A stretch of DNA of 64,000 nucleotides from Desulforapulum autotrophicum (GCA_020723285.1 DYJE01000019.1:15074-79073), one strand, 5' to 3'. Positions 40,371 through 48,074 are shown, counted from the stretch's first letter. Numbers and translations: made by a program. Notes: a model not told the origin generated them from the sequence alone.

Positions 40371-41423
40371 TTAACGGTTCTTTCCCATATGGGCAATAAA
40401 CATCCGGTATTGCTGGTCGGGAACGCTGCTTTTCCAATGCCCGGTAATGATGGCGGTATAGACCAGGATCAGGTATAAAGCGATAATCATAAGCCCCAGT
40501 TTTTTTTCCGTCCACCTCATTTTCAACCCGGTTGTTTTCAACATTAACGTTCCGTCAACCGGGCAACTGTCCACACAATCCATACAGCCGGTGCATTCCG
40601 GTGTTCTAACTTTTGGGATTTGCCCCACAAGGATATGATTCGGGCAGATGGCCGTACATTTACCGCATGCGATACATGATCCGTTATCCCTTGAAATATG
40701 TGTCGGGCCGGCATATGAAACAATCCCGGCCAGTGCCCCATAGGGGCAAAGATATCGGCACCAGAAATTCCGAACAAACAGGGAGAAACAGACGAGAAGG
40801 CTAAGGCAGATGAGAGTTGTTCCCGACATGTGGGTAAAAAACAACAGCATTCGCACATCGGACGTTTTATAGTAAAAACTATTGAGAAACGCATTGGTTT
40901 CAACAGTATTCATTTGTACAATAATCCATAGAAAAAACCCCAGAAAAATATATTTGACGCTTCTTAACGGCAGATCTACCCACCGTGGAAAAATGAAAGA
41001 GGGCATACCCCAATGATGGCCAAGCCTGAATATCCATTCCGACAAGGTGCCTACAGGGCAGAACCATCCGCAAAACGATTTGCTGAGCAGAAAAGAAGCC
41101 ACCAATGCGAATCCGAATATTACCATTGCCGCCGGATGAATACTGTCCCACTGAGCGGTGGTGATAAAATATTTCCAGCCCAGCAACGCACCAATGGGCA
41201 GGAAACCCTCAACGCCATGGGGTTTTGGAATGGTGATGGGCACTGCTTGCGCGGCTTGATGGACATACAAGGCGAATTGAACGCCTGTTGCAAGAGTCGC
41301 GATAAAAACACCCGTCTGGACCCATGACCGGACGCGGTGTCGATGAAACAATAGACTTAAGGTCTTTATCCGGCCACGATTCAAAGGTTGATTTTTTTTA
41401 TCGGAGATACCCATGACGTCCAT
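40371..41423 (-). CDS. NapH/MauN-type membrane polyferredoxin (quinol dehydrogenase-like)
   Basis: Two CX3CP motifs (CGWFCPVG, CRYLCPYG) in the membrane part, and two 4Fe-4S motifs (CIACGKCTAICP, CTGCMDCVDSCP). Confidence 0.75.
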   Translation of the reverse strand: MDVMGISDKKNQPLNRGRIKTLSLLFHRHRVRSWVQTGVFIATLATGVQFALYVHQAAQAVPITIPKPHGVEGFLPIGALLGWKYFITTAQWDSIHPAAMVIFGFALVASFLLSKSFCGWFCPVGTLSEWIFRLGHHWGMPSFIFPRWVDLPLRSVKYIFLGFFLWIIVQMNTVETNAFLNSFYYKTSDVRMLLFFTHMSGTTLICLSLLVCFSLFVRNFWCRYLCPYGALAGIVSYAGPTHISRDNGSCIACGKCTAICPNHILVGQIPKVRTPECTGCMDCVDSCPVDGTLMLKTTGLKMRWTEKKLGLMIIALYLILVYTAIITGHWKSSVPDQQYRMFIAHMGKNR

Positions 41424-41472
41424 GTCAATATCCTTTTGACCGTTATTTCATTCGTTCCATAGATTTTAACCG

Positions 41473-42009
41473 TTAAAGCCAGAACTCCGGATACCGCCTG
41501 CTTTTCGGCAGATTGTTCACCAGAAGGGCCACGAGAACCATAATGACCGCACCCATCCCCACGGGAACCACGGCGTAGAGATACCCCAGTGCGTGAATTT
41601 TTGAACTTCCGGTGACGGCGATCAGCGCTGTTGCACCACCCGGCGGATGGAGGGTTTTTGTGGCATGCATAAACGCGATGGCCGTTGCCACGGCAAGGGG
41701 AGAGGCAAACCACAGGTGGTTATGAAACAATTTGAATGCGGTGACTCCGACTATCGCGGAAATAATATGGCCGCCGATAACGTTTCTCGGCTGGGCCAGG
41801 GGGCTTCGAATCGCACCATAGACAAGCACGGCACTTGCCCCGAACGATCCGATGATCATAACAAGGTCACTTGTGTAGAACAGTTTGTCATCCAGATACG
41901 CCATGGGGATGATTCCCAAAAAAGCGCCGATCCATGACCAGAATATTTCAGAGACTTTAACACCCGGCGGGCTTTGGGTCGTTCCCTTCATTTTCGAGAA
42001 GTACTGCAT
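41473..42009 (-). CDS. HPP-family membrane protein (candidate nitrite channel/transporter)
   Basis: HPPGGATAL signature and 4-5 TM helices. Confidence 0.75.
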   Translation of the reverse strand: MQYFSKMKGTTQSPPGVKVSEIFWSWIGAFLGIIPMAYLDDKLFYTSDLVMIIGSFGASAVLVYGAIRSPLAQPRNVIGGHIISAIVGVTAFKLFHNHLWFASPLAVATAIAFMHATKTLHPPGGATALIAVTGSSKIHALGYLYAVVPVGMGAVIMVLVALLVNNLPKSRRYPEFWL

Positions 42010-42021
42010 GGCTGATTCCTT

Positions 42022-42630
42022 TCAAACATTATCTAGGCCGAAGGATTGCACGATATCCGAACGGGTTACGATGCCGCAGAGGTCTGAATTTTTATCAAGG
42101 ACCGGAACACGGTTGATTTTCTGGCAGTTAAAAATGGCCGCTATTTCGGAAAGCGGGGTGTTTTCATTTACCGTGATGGCTGGAGTTGTCATGATATCGC
42201 CGACCTTGCGGGTGTTTAACGAAGAGATCATGCAGCCGCTGTGATTCATGCACCGGGATAAGATGGCCATGAACGACTGGTTAACAGAGATACCGGCTTC
42301 GCGTAAAATATCTTTCTCAGAAAGAACCCCCACCACCTTGGAAAAAACATCCATCACCGGCAGACCGGTGATATTGTTTTCAGCCATGGTTCCCGCCGCG
42401 TCGCCAAGAAGGGCATCGATCCGGGTGTAAATCACCGGCCGACTCATGACATCTTTGGCTGTGCGTTTATTTGCCAAACGATTCAGCGCATGATGATAGG
42501 ATACTTTGTATATTTCGATGAAGTCTGCTGGTGTAATATCAATATATCCGTCAATCGCGGACATGGCTTCAAGAATATCCGCCTCTGAAATATCAATAGA
42601 GGATTGTTTGAACGTTTTTTCTGAATCCAT
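42022..42630 (-). CDS. CBS-pair domain protein
   Basis: Two CBS repeats (VMSRPVIY...ITGLPVMD and IMTTPAITV...INRVPVLD). The ATG at 42630 follows AAGGA. The track start at 42717 lies inside the predicted -10 hexamer. Confidence 0.75.
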   Translation of the reverse strand: MDSEKTFKQSSIDISEADILEAMSAIDGYIDITPADFIEIYKVSYHHALNRLANKRTAKDVMSRPVIYTRIDALLGDAAGTMAENNITGLPVMDVFSKVVGVLSEKDILREAGISVNQSFMAILSRCMNHSGCMISSLNTRKVGDIMTTPAITVNENTPLSEIAAIFNCQKINRVPVLDKNSDLCGIVTRSDIVQSFGLDNV

Positions 42631-42740
42631 GTTTATCCTTTTTAAGTTTTTTCCAATTTGGAGTTTGGTTTTTTTAGTAGAAGCGTCATAATTCAACAAT
42701 AATGCACGGTAGATCATAGTCGCATTAGCTTGTATTGTAT

Positions 42741-42754
42741 TTGACTTAAATCAA
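42741..42754 (-). promoter_or_regulatory. CRP/FNR-family box (minus-strand reading TTGATTTAAGTCAA), promoter-proximal copy
   Basis: Differs from the hcp box at one central base. It is followed after exactly 22 nt by TATGAT (42718-42713). Confidence 0.6.
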
Positions 42755-42793
42755 TTTGGGGAAGAATCAGTGTCGCATTAGCTTGTATTGTAT

Positions 42794-42807
42794 TTGACTT
42801 AAATCAA
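42794..42807 (-). promoter_or_regulatory. Second, duplicated copy of the CRP/FNR-family box
   Basis: An identical 14-mer in the second 53-bp unit. The downstream hexamer there is ACTGAT. Confidence 0.5.
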
Positions 42808-42905
42808 TTTGGGGAAGAATCAGTCAGGGAACACTCTGAAGCTGAATACAGTTATTGCAAATAGAATGCGAGTTTAAATAGGTCTTGGTTCATAATGGCT
42901 AAAAA

Positions 42906-43598
42906 CTAATGATGGTTGAATATTATTTTCAATACCTTTGGAATAAAAAAAGAACCGATAAAAAGAAATACCGATAAGAAGACGTTCCAGTTCAAAAGGC
43001 CGCTCAGGTCACCGCTGGCTAAAACGTTTTTAACCGTCCCCACGAAAAAAGTGAACACAAAAGTCCCCACGATAATCCCCAGAGCCGTTCCCGCAGTGTA
43101 ATCCCTGAAACGGACTTTTGTGAGGCCCATGCCGAAGTTCATGGGCGTGAAAGGGAAATACACCAGACGAAGGTAAAGAACCGTGGCAAAACCGTTGCGT
43201 TCAATGGCGTCGTCGTACTGTTTCAGTTTTCCGCCGATGAGGCTTTCCGCGAAATCCCGGCCCAGGTAACGCCCGATGAAAAAGGCGAGGCTTGCGCCGA
43301 TCATGGCCCCGGTCCAGACCCAGAGGAACCCCCAATAAGGGCCGAACACGGCAGCCCCGATGGCGGCGAGCAGGGTGCCCGGAAGAAAAAGGCAGACCCC
43401 CGCCGCATAAATCAGGACATAAACAAGGGGAGCCCACAACCCGGCAGAGTCAAGAAGAAGGGCGAGCCGTTCTGCCGTCACATGGTTTTTAAGGGGTGAA
43501 AAACGGAGCAGCGTCACCGCCGCGATCATAAAGCAAACGAGAAGCGCCGCTTTGATCCATGGCCGTTTGGCCCTTTGTTTCACATTGAGATCAGGCAT
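42906..43598 (-). CDS. TVP38/TMEM64 (DedA-related) family membrane protein
   Basis: Multi-TM protein whose sequence (FLPGTLL, GRYLGRDF) I recognise as typical of the family. Confidence 0.7.
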   Translation of the reverse strand: MPDLNVKQRAKRPWIKAALLVCFMIAAVTLLRFSPLKNHVTAERLALLLDSAGLWAPLVYVLIYAAGVCLFLPGTLLAAIGAAVFGPYWGFLWVWTGAMIGASLAFFIGRYLGRDFAESLIGGKLKQYDDAIERNGFATVLYLRLVYFPFTPMNFGMGLTKVRFRDYTAGTALGIIVGTFVFTFFVGTVKNVLASGDLSGLLNWNVFLSVFLFIGSFFIPKVLKIIFNHH

Positions 43599-43610
43599 TA
43601 TGGGCCGCCT

Positions 43611-43928
43611 TTATTTTCCAAGAATTCGGTTCAAAAGCCCTTTTTTTTCGAGATGGGGTTCGGGAAGCCCGAGATGTCGGCAGATGCAGACTTCGACCTC
43701 GTGTTCGGAGATGTCGGCCCCTTCGACAACGACTTCGTCCCCCACCATGACCGCCGGGGCTACCGGAAGATCCAGATCGAAGTATTCGTCAGTCTGGTAC
43801 TCATCCTTGGGTTTGGATGTCACGGTGATGTCAACGTCATACTTTCCGCCCAGCCTGGGCATCATCTTTTTGAAGTTCTTTCAAGGTCTTCCGTTGGGTT
43901 CATTCAGAAAAAAACGGATATTCAGCAT
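43611..43928 (-). CDS. Candidate small thioredoxin-fold selenoprotein (in-frame TGA at 43881-43883)
   Basis: Strong RBS AAGGAGAACACC-ATG at 43928. Reads MLNIRFFLNEPNGRP-U-KNFKKMMPRL... in frame with the track ORF 43611-43865, which itself has no RBS. The C-terminal LPVAPAVMVGDEVVVEG resembles the cis-Pro/beta3-beta4 region of small thioredoxin-like proteins. Confidence 0.6.
43848..43860 (-). other. SECIS-like hairpin GCCCA-GGC-UGGGC, 20 nt after the UGA
   Basis: Read directly from the minus strand. Confidence 0.4.
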
Positions 43929-43940
43929 GGTGTTCTCCTT

Positions 43941-45704
43941 TTATGGTTTTGTGCTTTCTTTCGAAATGCGGTTCATGTGGACCAGGAATTTTTCAGGGGG
44001 TAAATAATCCACCAGCCTCAGATCATTTCGTTCCTCACCGGCAGAATCGAGGAACACCAGGGTGGGGACGCCCTTGATGCCGTACTGTTTAAGCAACTGT
44101 TCGTGATTCGGATCGCCACCCTGGGTTACATCAACTTTGACCATGGTGAACGTGTCTTTTGTTTTTCTGACCACGTCGGGGTGGTGGAACGTCACCGTGT
44201 CAAGTTCGCGGCACGGGGTGCACCAGTCGGCGTAAAAATCAATGATGACAGGGCGTTTTTCTGCTGCGGCTTTTTGAAGAACAGCCTCGGAGTATGGCTG
44301 CCAGGCTACACCTGGTCCTTTCATCATCCATGCGGTGATCCACATCGAAGCGGTGATAAGACACACACAACCAGTGGCGGCTTTGACAATTGAGAACACC
44401 TTCGACCCTGTTTCTGTTTTTTCCAGCCAGCCCAGGTGAATGCCAGCGGATAATGCGAGGGCCGCAGGCAGAAGAACTTTCAGCCCTTCGGGGAGGACTG
44501 GTCGGATGAAATGGGCCGCCATGCCCACAAGAACCCAGCCCATGAGTTTTCGGACCCAGATCATCCAGCCGCCTGCGCGGGGAAGTCGTTGAAGCTGACC
44601 GGAGAAGAGGGCAAGGATGAAAAGGGGAAGCCCTAGTCCAAGGCTCAATGTGAAAAATACAAGAAAACCCATGAAGGCGCTGCCCATACCTGCCACCCAG
44701 GTCAGAAGTCCCAGCACAAAGGGACCGATGCAGGGGGCGGCAACAACGCCGATGGTCAGCCCCATGAACAGGCTTCCGAAATAGCCGCTGTACGAGCGAC
44801 CGGCCATCCGGGTCATGGCTCCGGGCAGGCGAAGTTCCCAGAATCCGAAAAGACTGGTGGAGAACAGGATGAGAAAACCAGCGACAAAAGAAAGCACCAG
44901 GGGATTCTGGAGCATTGACCCCATCAGGCCGCCGGTCAGGGCCGCAGCCACCCCAAGGATGGAATTGGTGAGGGCGAGGCCCAAAAGGTAGCAGAGGCCG
45001 TGGAGAACAAGGACAAACTGACCTGGCCTGCTGTCGGCTGTTTTGCCTCCAAAAAACGACACAGTGATGGGGATCATGGGATAGACACACGGGGTTAAAT
45101 TCAGGGCGAGACCGCCGAAAAAGATGCCCAGAAGCGTGAGAAAAAGGCCCCAGCCTTTGACAGACCTTCCGGAATACGATCCCGATGCATCTTTCGGTGA
45201 CAGGGCAAGATCCACGGGGGTTGTTCCATAGGGCATGCCACGCTGCTGCCATTCTGGGAAACCATAGGGATCGCGGTAAACGTGACGGTAACCGAGTTTA
45301 ACGGCCACACGGGCCGCCGAGTCGCTGCGGACTCATGTAAGGCCCGCTCAGTAGAACACAATGCCCCGGTTTTTGTCCGGACCCAGAAATTTCCCGAGGG
45401 ATTCAGACTTACGCCACCTGGCCCACCCGGTGGGTTCCATGGGGAAATTCACCGCGCCCTTCATGTGGCCGGTCCGGAATTCCCATTCCTGGCGAGTGTC
45501 CACCAGAAGCAAACCGGACGGATTCTCCCGGTATTTTTGAATGAGTTCGTCGGTTTTAAGGATCGTGTAGCCGCCCCTTGCCGCCTCGGCGAGCACATCG
45601 TCCCATGTGGCCTGTTTCGGTGTGGCCGGGCGCTGGATAGACCAGACGGAAGCCACCGCAACGGCCACTGCGAGTAACGTCAGTAAAAAGGATGTTTTTT
45701 TCAT
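43941..45704 (-). CDS. Candidate selenoprotein: signal peptide - rhodanese (Y-U-AGLT-U-VRS) - DsbD/CcdA membrane domain - thioredoxin fusion, with two in-frame TGA codons (45348-45350 and 45333-45335)
   Basis: Track ORFs 45348-45704 and 43941-45308 are in the same frame, separated only by TGA-GCG-GGC-CTT-ACA-TGA. The rhodanese fold continues across both TGAs (IVFY|U|AGLT|U|VRSDSAARVAVKLGYRHVYRDPYGFPEWQQRGMPY). The DsbD-beta motifs TPCVYPMIP and AAPCIGPF and the C-terminal WCTPC thioredoxin motif are present. Confidence 0.65.
45302..45316 (-). other. SECIS-like hairpin after the second rhodanese UGA
   Basis: CGGCC-CGUGU-GGCCG starting 16 nt after the UGA. It overlaps the lower stem of the previous structure, so the two are alternative folds. 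Confidence 0.35.
45311..45345 (-). other. SECIS-like stem-loop after the first rhodanese UGA
   Basis: GGGCC-UUACAU-GAGUC-CGCAGC-GACUC-GGC-GGCCC. The upper stem starts 13 nt after the UGA. Confidence 0.4.
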
Positions 45705-45730
45705 TTCATTCGGCCTCCGGATTGTTTTTT

Positions 45731-46060
45731 TTAGTGAGTCCAGTCCATGATCTTGAAATCTTCACCCAGTTTTTTTTGAACAGCATCCCGGATCATTGAA
45801 AAATGTGGGCAAGGCATACCGATTGGGTTTCCCTTTGAAATGCATGATGCAAAAACAATAGCTTCGGCCCCACGATCAACCATGAGTTTTGCCCTTTGAA
45901 TGGATCGTTTGCCTGGACATCCGCCACAACTGACAAAACCTATGATTTCAACCGGTCCGGTGGCTTCAAACGCCATTTTCCCAGTGGAAGCGACTTTAAA
46001 ATCCGTCGTACCGGGGCACATATCCTCGGTCTGTTGACACCTGATAATTCCAACTTTCAT
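45731..46060 (-). CDS. CGGC-domain protein
   Basis: VSCGGCPGKR signature plus additional conserved Cys residues. RBS AGGAGA. Confidence 0.7.
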   Translation of the reverse strand: MKVGIIRCQQTEDMCPGTTDFKVASTGKMAFEATGPVEIIGFVSCGGCPGKRSIQRAKLMVDRGAEAIVFASCISKGNPIGMPCPHFSMIRDAVQKKLGEDFKIMDWTH

Positions 46061-46063
46061 CGA

Positions 46064-46726
46064 TCATCTCCTAAGTGTATTTTCAAACAAAAGAGTCACA
46101 AAACCTTCGTCCAGCGATTCTTTTCCAAGTTCATTCATGCCTTCTGGGGGCGGTAGAATGCTGGATTGTTCCTTTCTGAACAAGAAACCGGCTTCCTCTG
46201 CCATGGCTTTGACCTCATCCCTTTGATAGAATCTGGCGTGTCTGTAAATAACATGCCCTTTCTTGCCTCTTGCGGAATGGTACAGCCCCCAGGCGCTGTT
46301 TGACGGAACAAAGCCGATGATAAGGCGTCCCCGCCTTTTGAGCACACGGCTGCATTCACGAAGCACCCGTAAAGGATCATGGAGAAAGCAGAGGGTGCAC
46401 ACCATCAGCAGTCCGTCAAAAGAAGTATCTTTGAACGGCAGGTGTTCTCCCATGGCCTGGCAGGTCATAATGCCCCTACTGGACGCGATCATTGCCATGG
46501 ATCGCGAAGGCTCCACACTATGGCCGATGCCGAATGCCTGAGCGAAACGTCCTGAACCCGAACCCACCTCCAGCCATTTTCCCGTCGGGACCCCGAGGAT
46601 CTGATTCAGGGCTTCACGTTCCTGTGAAAAAATGAAAGACCCTTTTTCAGAGTCAAACCAGTGGTCGTATTCTTCCGCAAAATCGTCAAAAGGGTTGTTC
46701 CAAATCGACATGCCGCACGATTCCAC
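46064..46726 (-). CDS. Class I SAM-dependent methyltransferase
   Basis: Motif I LEVGSGSGRF and a Methyltransf_11-like layout. The start may instead be the ATG at 46711. Confidence 0.75.
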   Translation of the reverse strand: MESCGMSIWNNPFDDFAEEYDHWFDSEKGSFIFSQEREALNQILGVPTGKWLEVGSGSGRFAQAFGIGHSVEPSRSMAMIASSRGIMTCQAMGEHLPFKDTSFDGLLMVCTLCFLHDPLRVLRECSRVLKRRGRLIIGFVPSNSAWGLYHSARGKKGHVIYRHARFYQRDEVKAMAEEAGFLFRKEQSSILPPPEGMNELGKESLDEGFVTLLFENTLRR

Positions 46727-46728
46727 GA

Positions 46729-47037
46729 TTACCCCCGTCCCCAGAGCGGATCGTCACCGAACCGTTCTTGCCAAAGTTCTTCGGGAGTCAGGTTTTCACC
46801 CACGGACACTTCGGAAAAAGAAAAACGATAATTGGCGCAGTACTCCGTGATGGTCTTGTACGCGGCCACGATCTTTCTGGTCATGTCCGCACAAGTTTCC
46901 GGGTTGTCCCGACATCGGTCCGGATGCCATTTCGCCAGCATGGCCCGGTACGCCGATTTGACGGTTTTCAGGCTGGCTGTTTCAGGAAGACCAAGGATCG
47001 TCCGCGCTTCCGTGATCTCCTGGTATTTTTTCAGCAT
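46729..47037 (-). CDS. J-domain (DnaJ-like) protein
   Basis: LGLPETASLKTVKSAYRAMLAKWHPDR, including the HPD tripeptide. Confidence 0.75.
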   Translation of the reverse strand: MLKKYQEITEARTILGLPETASLKTVKSAYRAMLAKWHPDRCRDNPETCADMTRKIVAAYKTITEYCANYRFSFSEVSVGENLTPEELWQERFGDDPLWGRG

Positions 47038-47492
47038 GATTCGTCCCGTCGTCCTTCCCGCTCAAGCTTCGATATCATAAACGTCGCGCCTCTTTGGGAC
47101 AGCCCCAGGGTTTCGGCCAGGGTTTTCACATCCAGCGAACCCTTCTCTCGCCTGAGCGAAAGGACTTCGTCCTCAAGTTCCTCGAACCAGTCCTCGAACA
47201 GGACAAGCAGGTCCGGGTCGGTTATGGCCGACAACTGCCTGGATTGGGCCACTTTGTCCACCAGACTCTGGCACATCTTTGTTGGGTCGATACCTTCGCC
47301 CATGCATTCAGCGATTCAGAGGTGGACCATTCCGGACATCTTGTCATCGCCAGAATCGTCCAGAAGATTCATGAAAAACCGAGTTGCCGCGTCTTTGTCC
47401 ATCACTGAGAAAAGCTTTTTCAGCGTACTTCCGATGTCCTTCAGCGCCTGTTCCGGGTCCATGTTTTCGACGATGTTCAGAATATTTTTCAT
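47031..47492 (-). CDS. Candidate selenoprotein with a U-x3-C motif (in-frame TGA at 47316-47318) and a winged-helix-like C-terminus
   Basis: RBS AAGGAAG precedes the ATG at 47492. 58 codons are followed by TGA and then IAEC-MGEG..., in frame with track ORF 47031-47303, which has no RBS. The gene starts 19 nt after the arsR stop. Confidence 0.6.
47284..47301 (-). other. SECIS-like hairpin GGGCGA-AGGUA-UCG(A)CCC, 14 nt after the UGA
   Basis: Read directly. It has a GGU-containing apical loop and a single bulged A. Confidence 0.4.
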
Positions 47493-47511
47493 TTTTGTTT
47501 GACTTCCTTGT

Positions 47512-47847
47512 TTAAAACGTCTTCCGTGCTTTCAACAGATCTTCCGCCACGGTGTTCAGCGACCGGATCACGTCCAGTATTTTTTTGTCTGCCAGCTCGT
47601 AAAAAACAAAAGGGCCGCTTCGTTCTACATTTAATAGAATCGACCGTTTCAATTCCTTGAGATGATGCGACACAAGAGGCTGTGAAATACCAATTTCTTC
47701 CACGATCTGACCCACGGATTTCTTGCCTTGGCCAACGTAAAGCAAAATACGTAGTCGGTTTGGATCGGAAAGGGATTTAGCCAACAGAGAAACGCATTGA
47801 AGATAATCGTCATTTAGCATTTTTGCTTTCTTGATCAAAAAAATCAT
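47512..47847 (-). CDS. ArsR/SmtB-family transcriptional regulator
   Basis: DPNRLRILLYV...VGQIVEEIGISQPLVSHHLKELK winged-HTH signature. The canonical ELCVCDL metal-binding site is absent. Confidence 0.85.
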   Translation of the reverse strand: MIFLIKKAKMLNDDYLQCVSLLAKSLSDPNRLRILLYVGQGKKSVGQIVEEIGISQPLVSHHLKELKRSILLNVERSGPFVFYELADKKILDVIRSLNTVAEDLLKARKTF

Positions 47848-47873
47848 AAGGTTGATATCAGCTTGATATAAAC

Positions 47874-47893
47874 ATATAAATATTCATTTATAT
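47874..47893. promoter_or_regulatory. Operator-like palindrome ATATAAAT-ATTC-ATTTATAT upstream of arsR
   Basis: 8-bp perfect arms, 27 nt upstream of the arsR ORF start. An adjacent TTGATAT direct repeat lies at 47852-47869. Confidence 0.35.
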
Positions 47894-48074
47894 TATTAAA
47901 CAAGCCAAGTCAATATCCTGTGGAGTTCTTCACTCCATAGAGTGATTTTGCCCTAAATTTTTAATGGAACCCAATTGAAAGATGTAAATATGCGCCGTAT
48001 AAGCAAATACTCAGGGGTTTCTCGTGAAGAGGAGTTGGTTCTGGTTCGCTAAATTTATTGTATTTCAAATGAAC

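Larger units (their letters stand above)
42719..42824. repeat. Perfect tandem duplication, 2 x 53 bp, in the CBS/HPP promoter region
   Basis: The unit GTCGCATTAGCTTGTATTGTATTTGACTTAAATCAATTTGGGGAAGAATCAGT occurs at 42719-42771 and again at 42772-42824. Confidence 0.95.
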
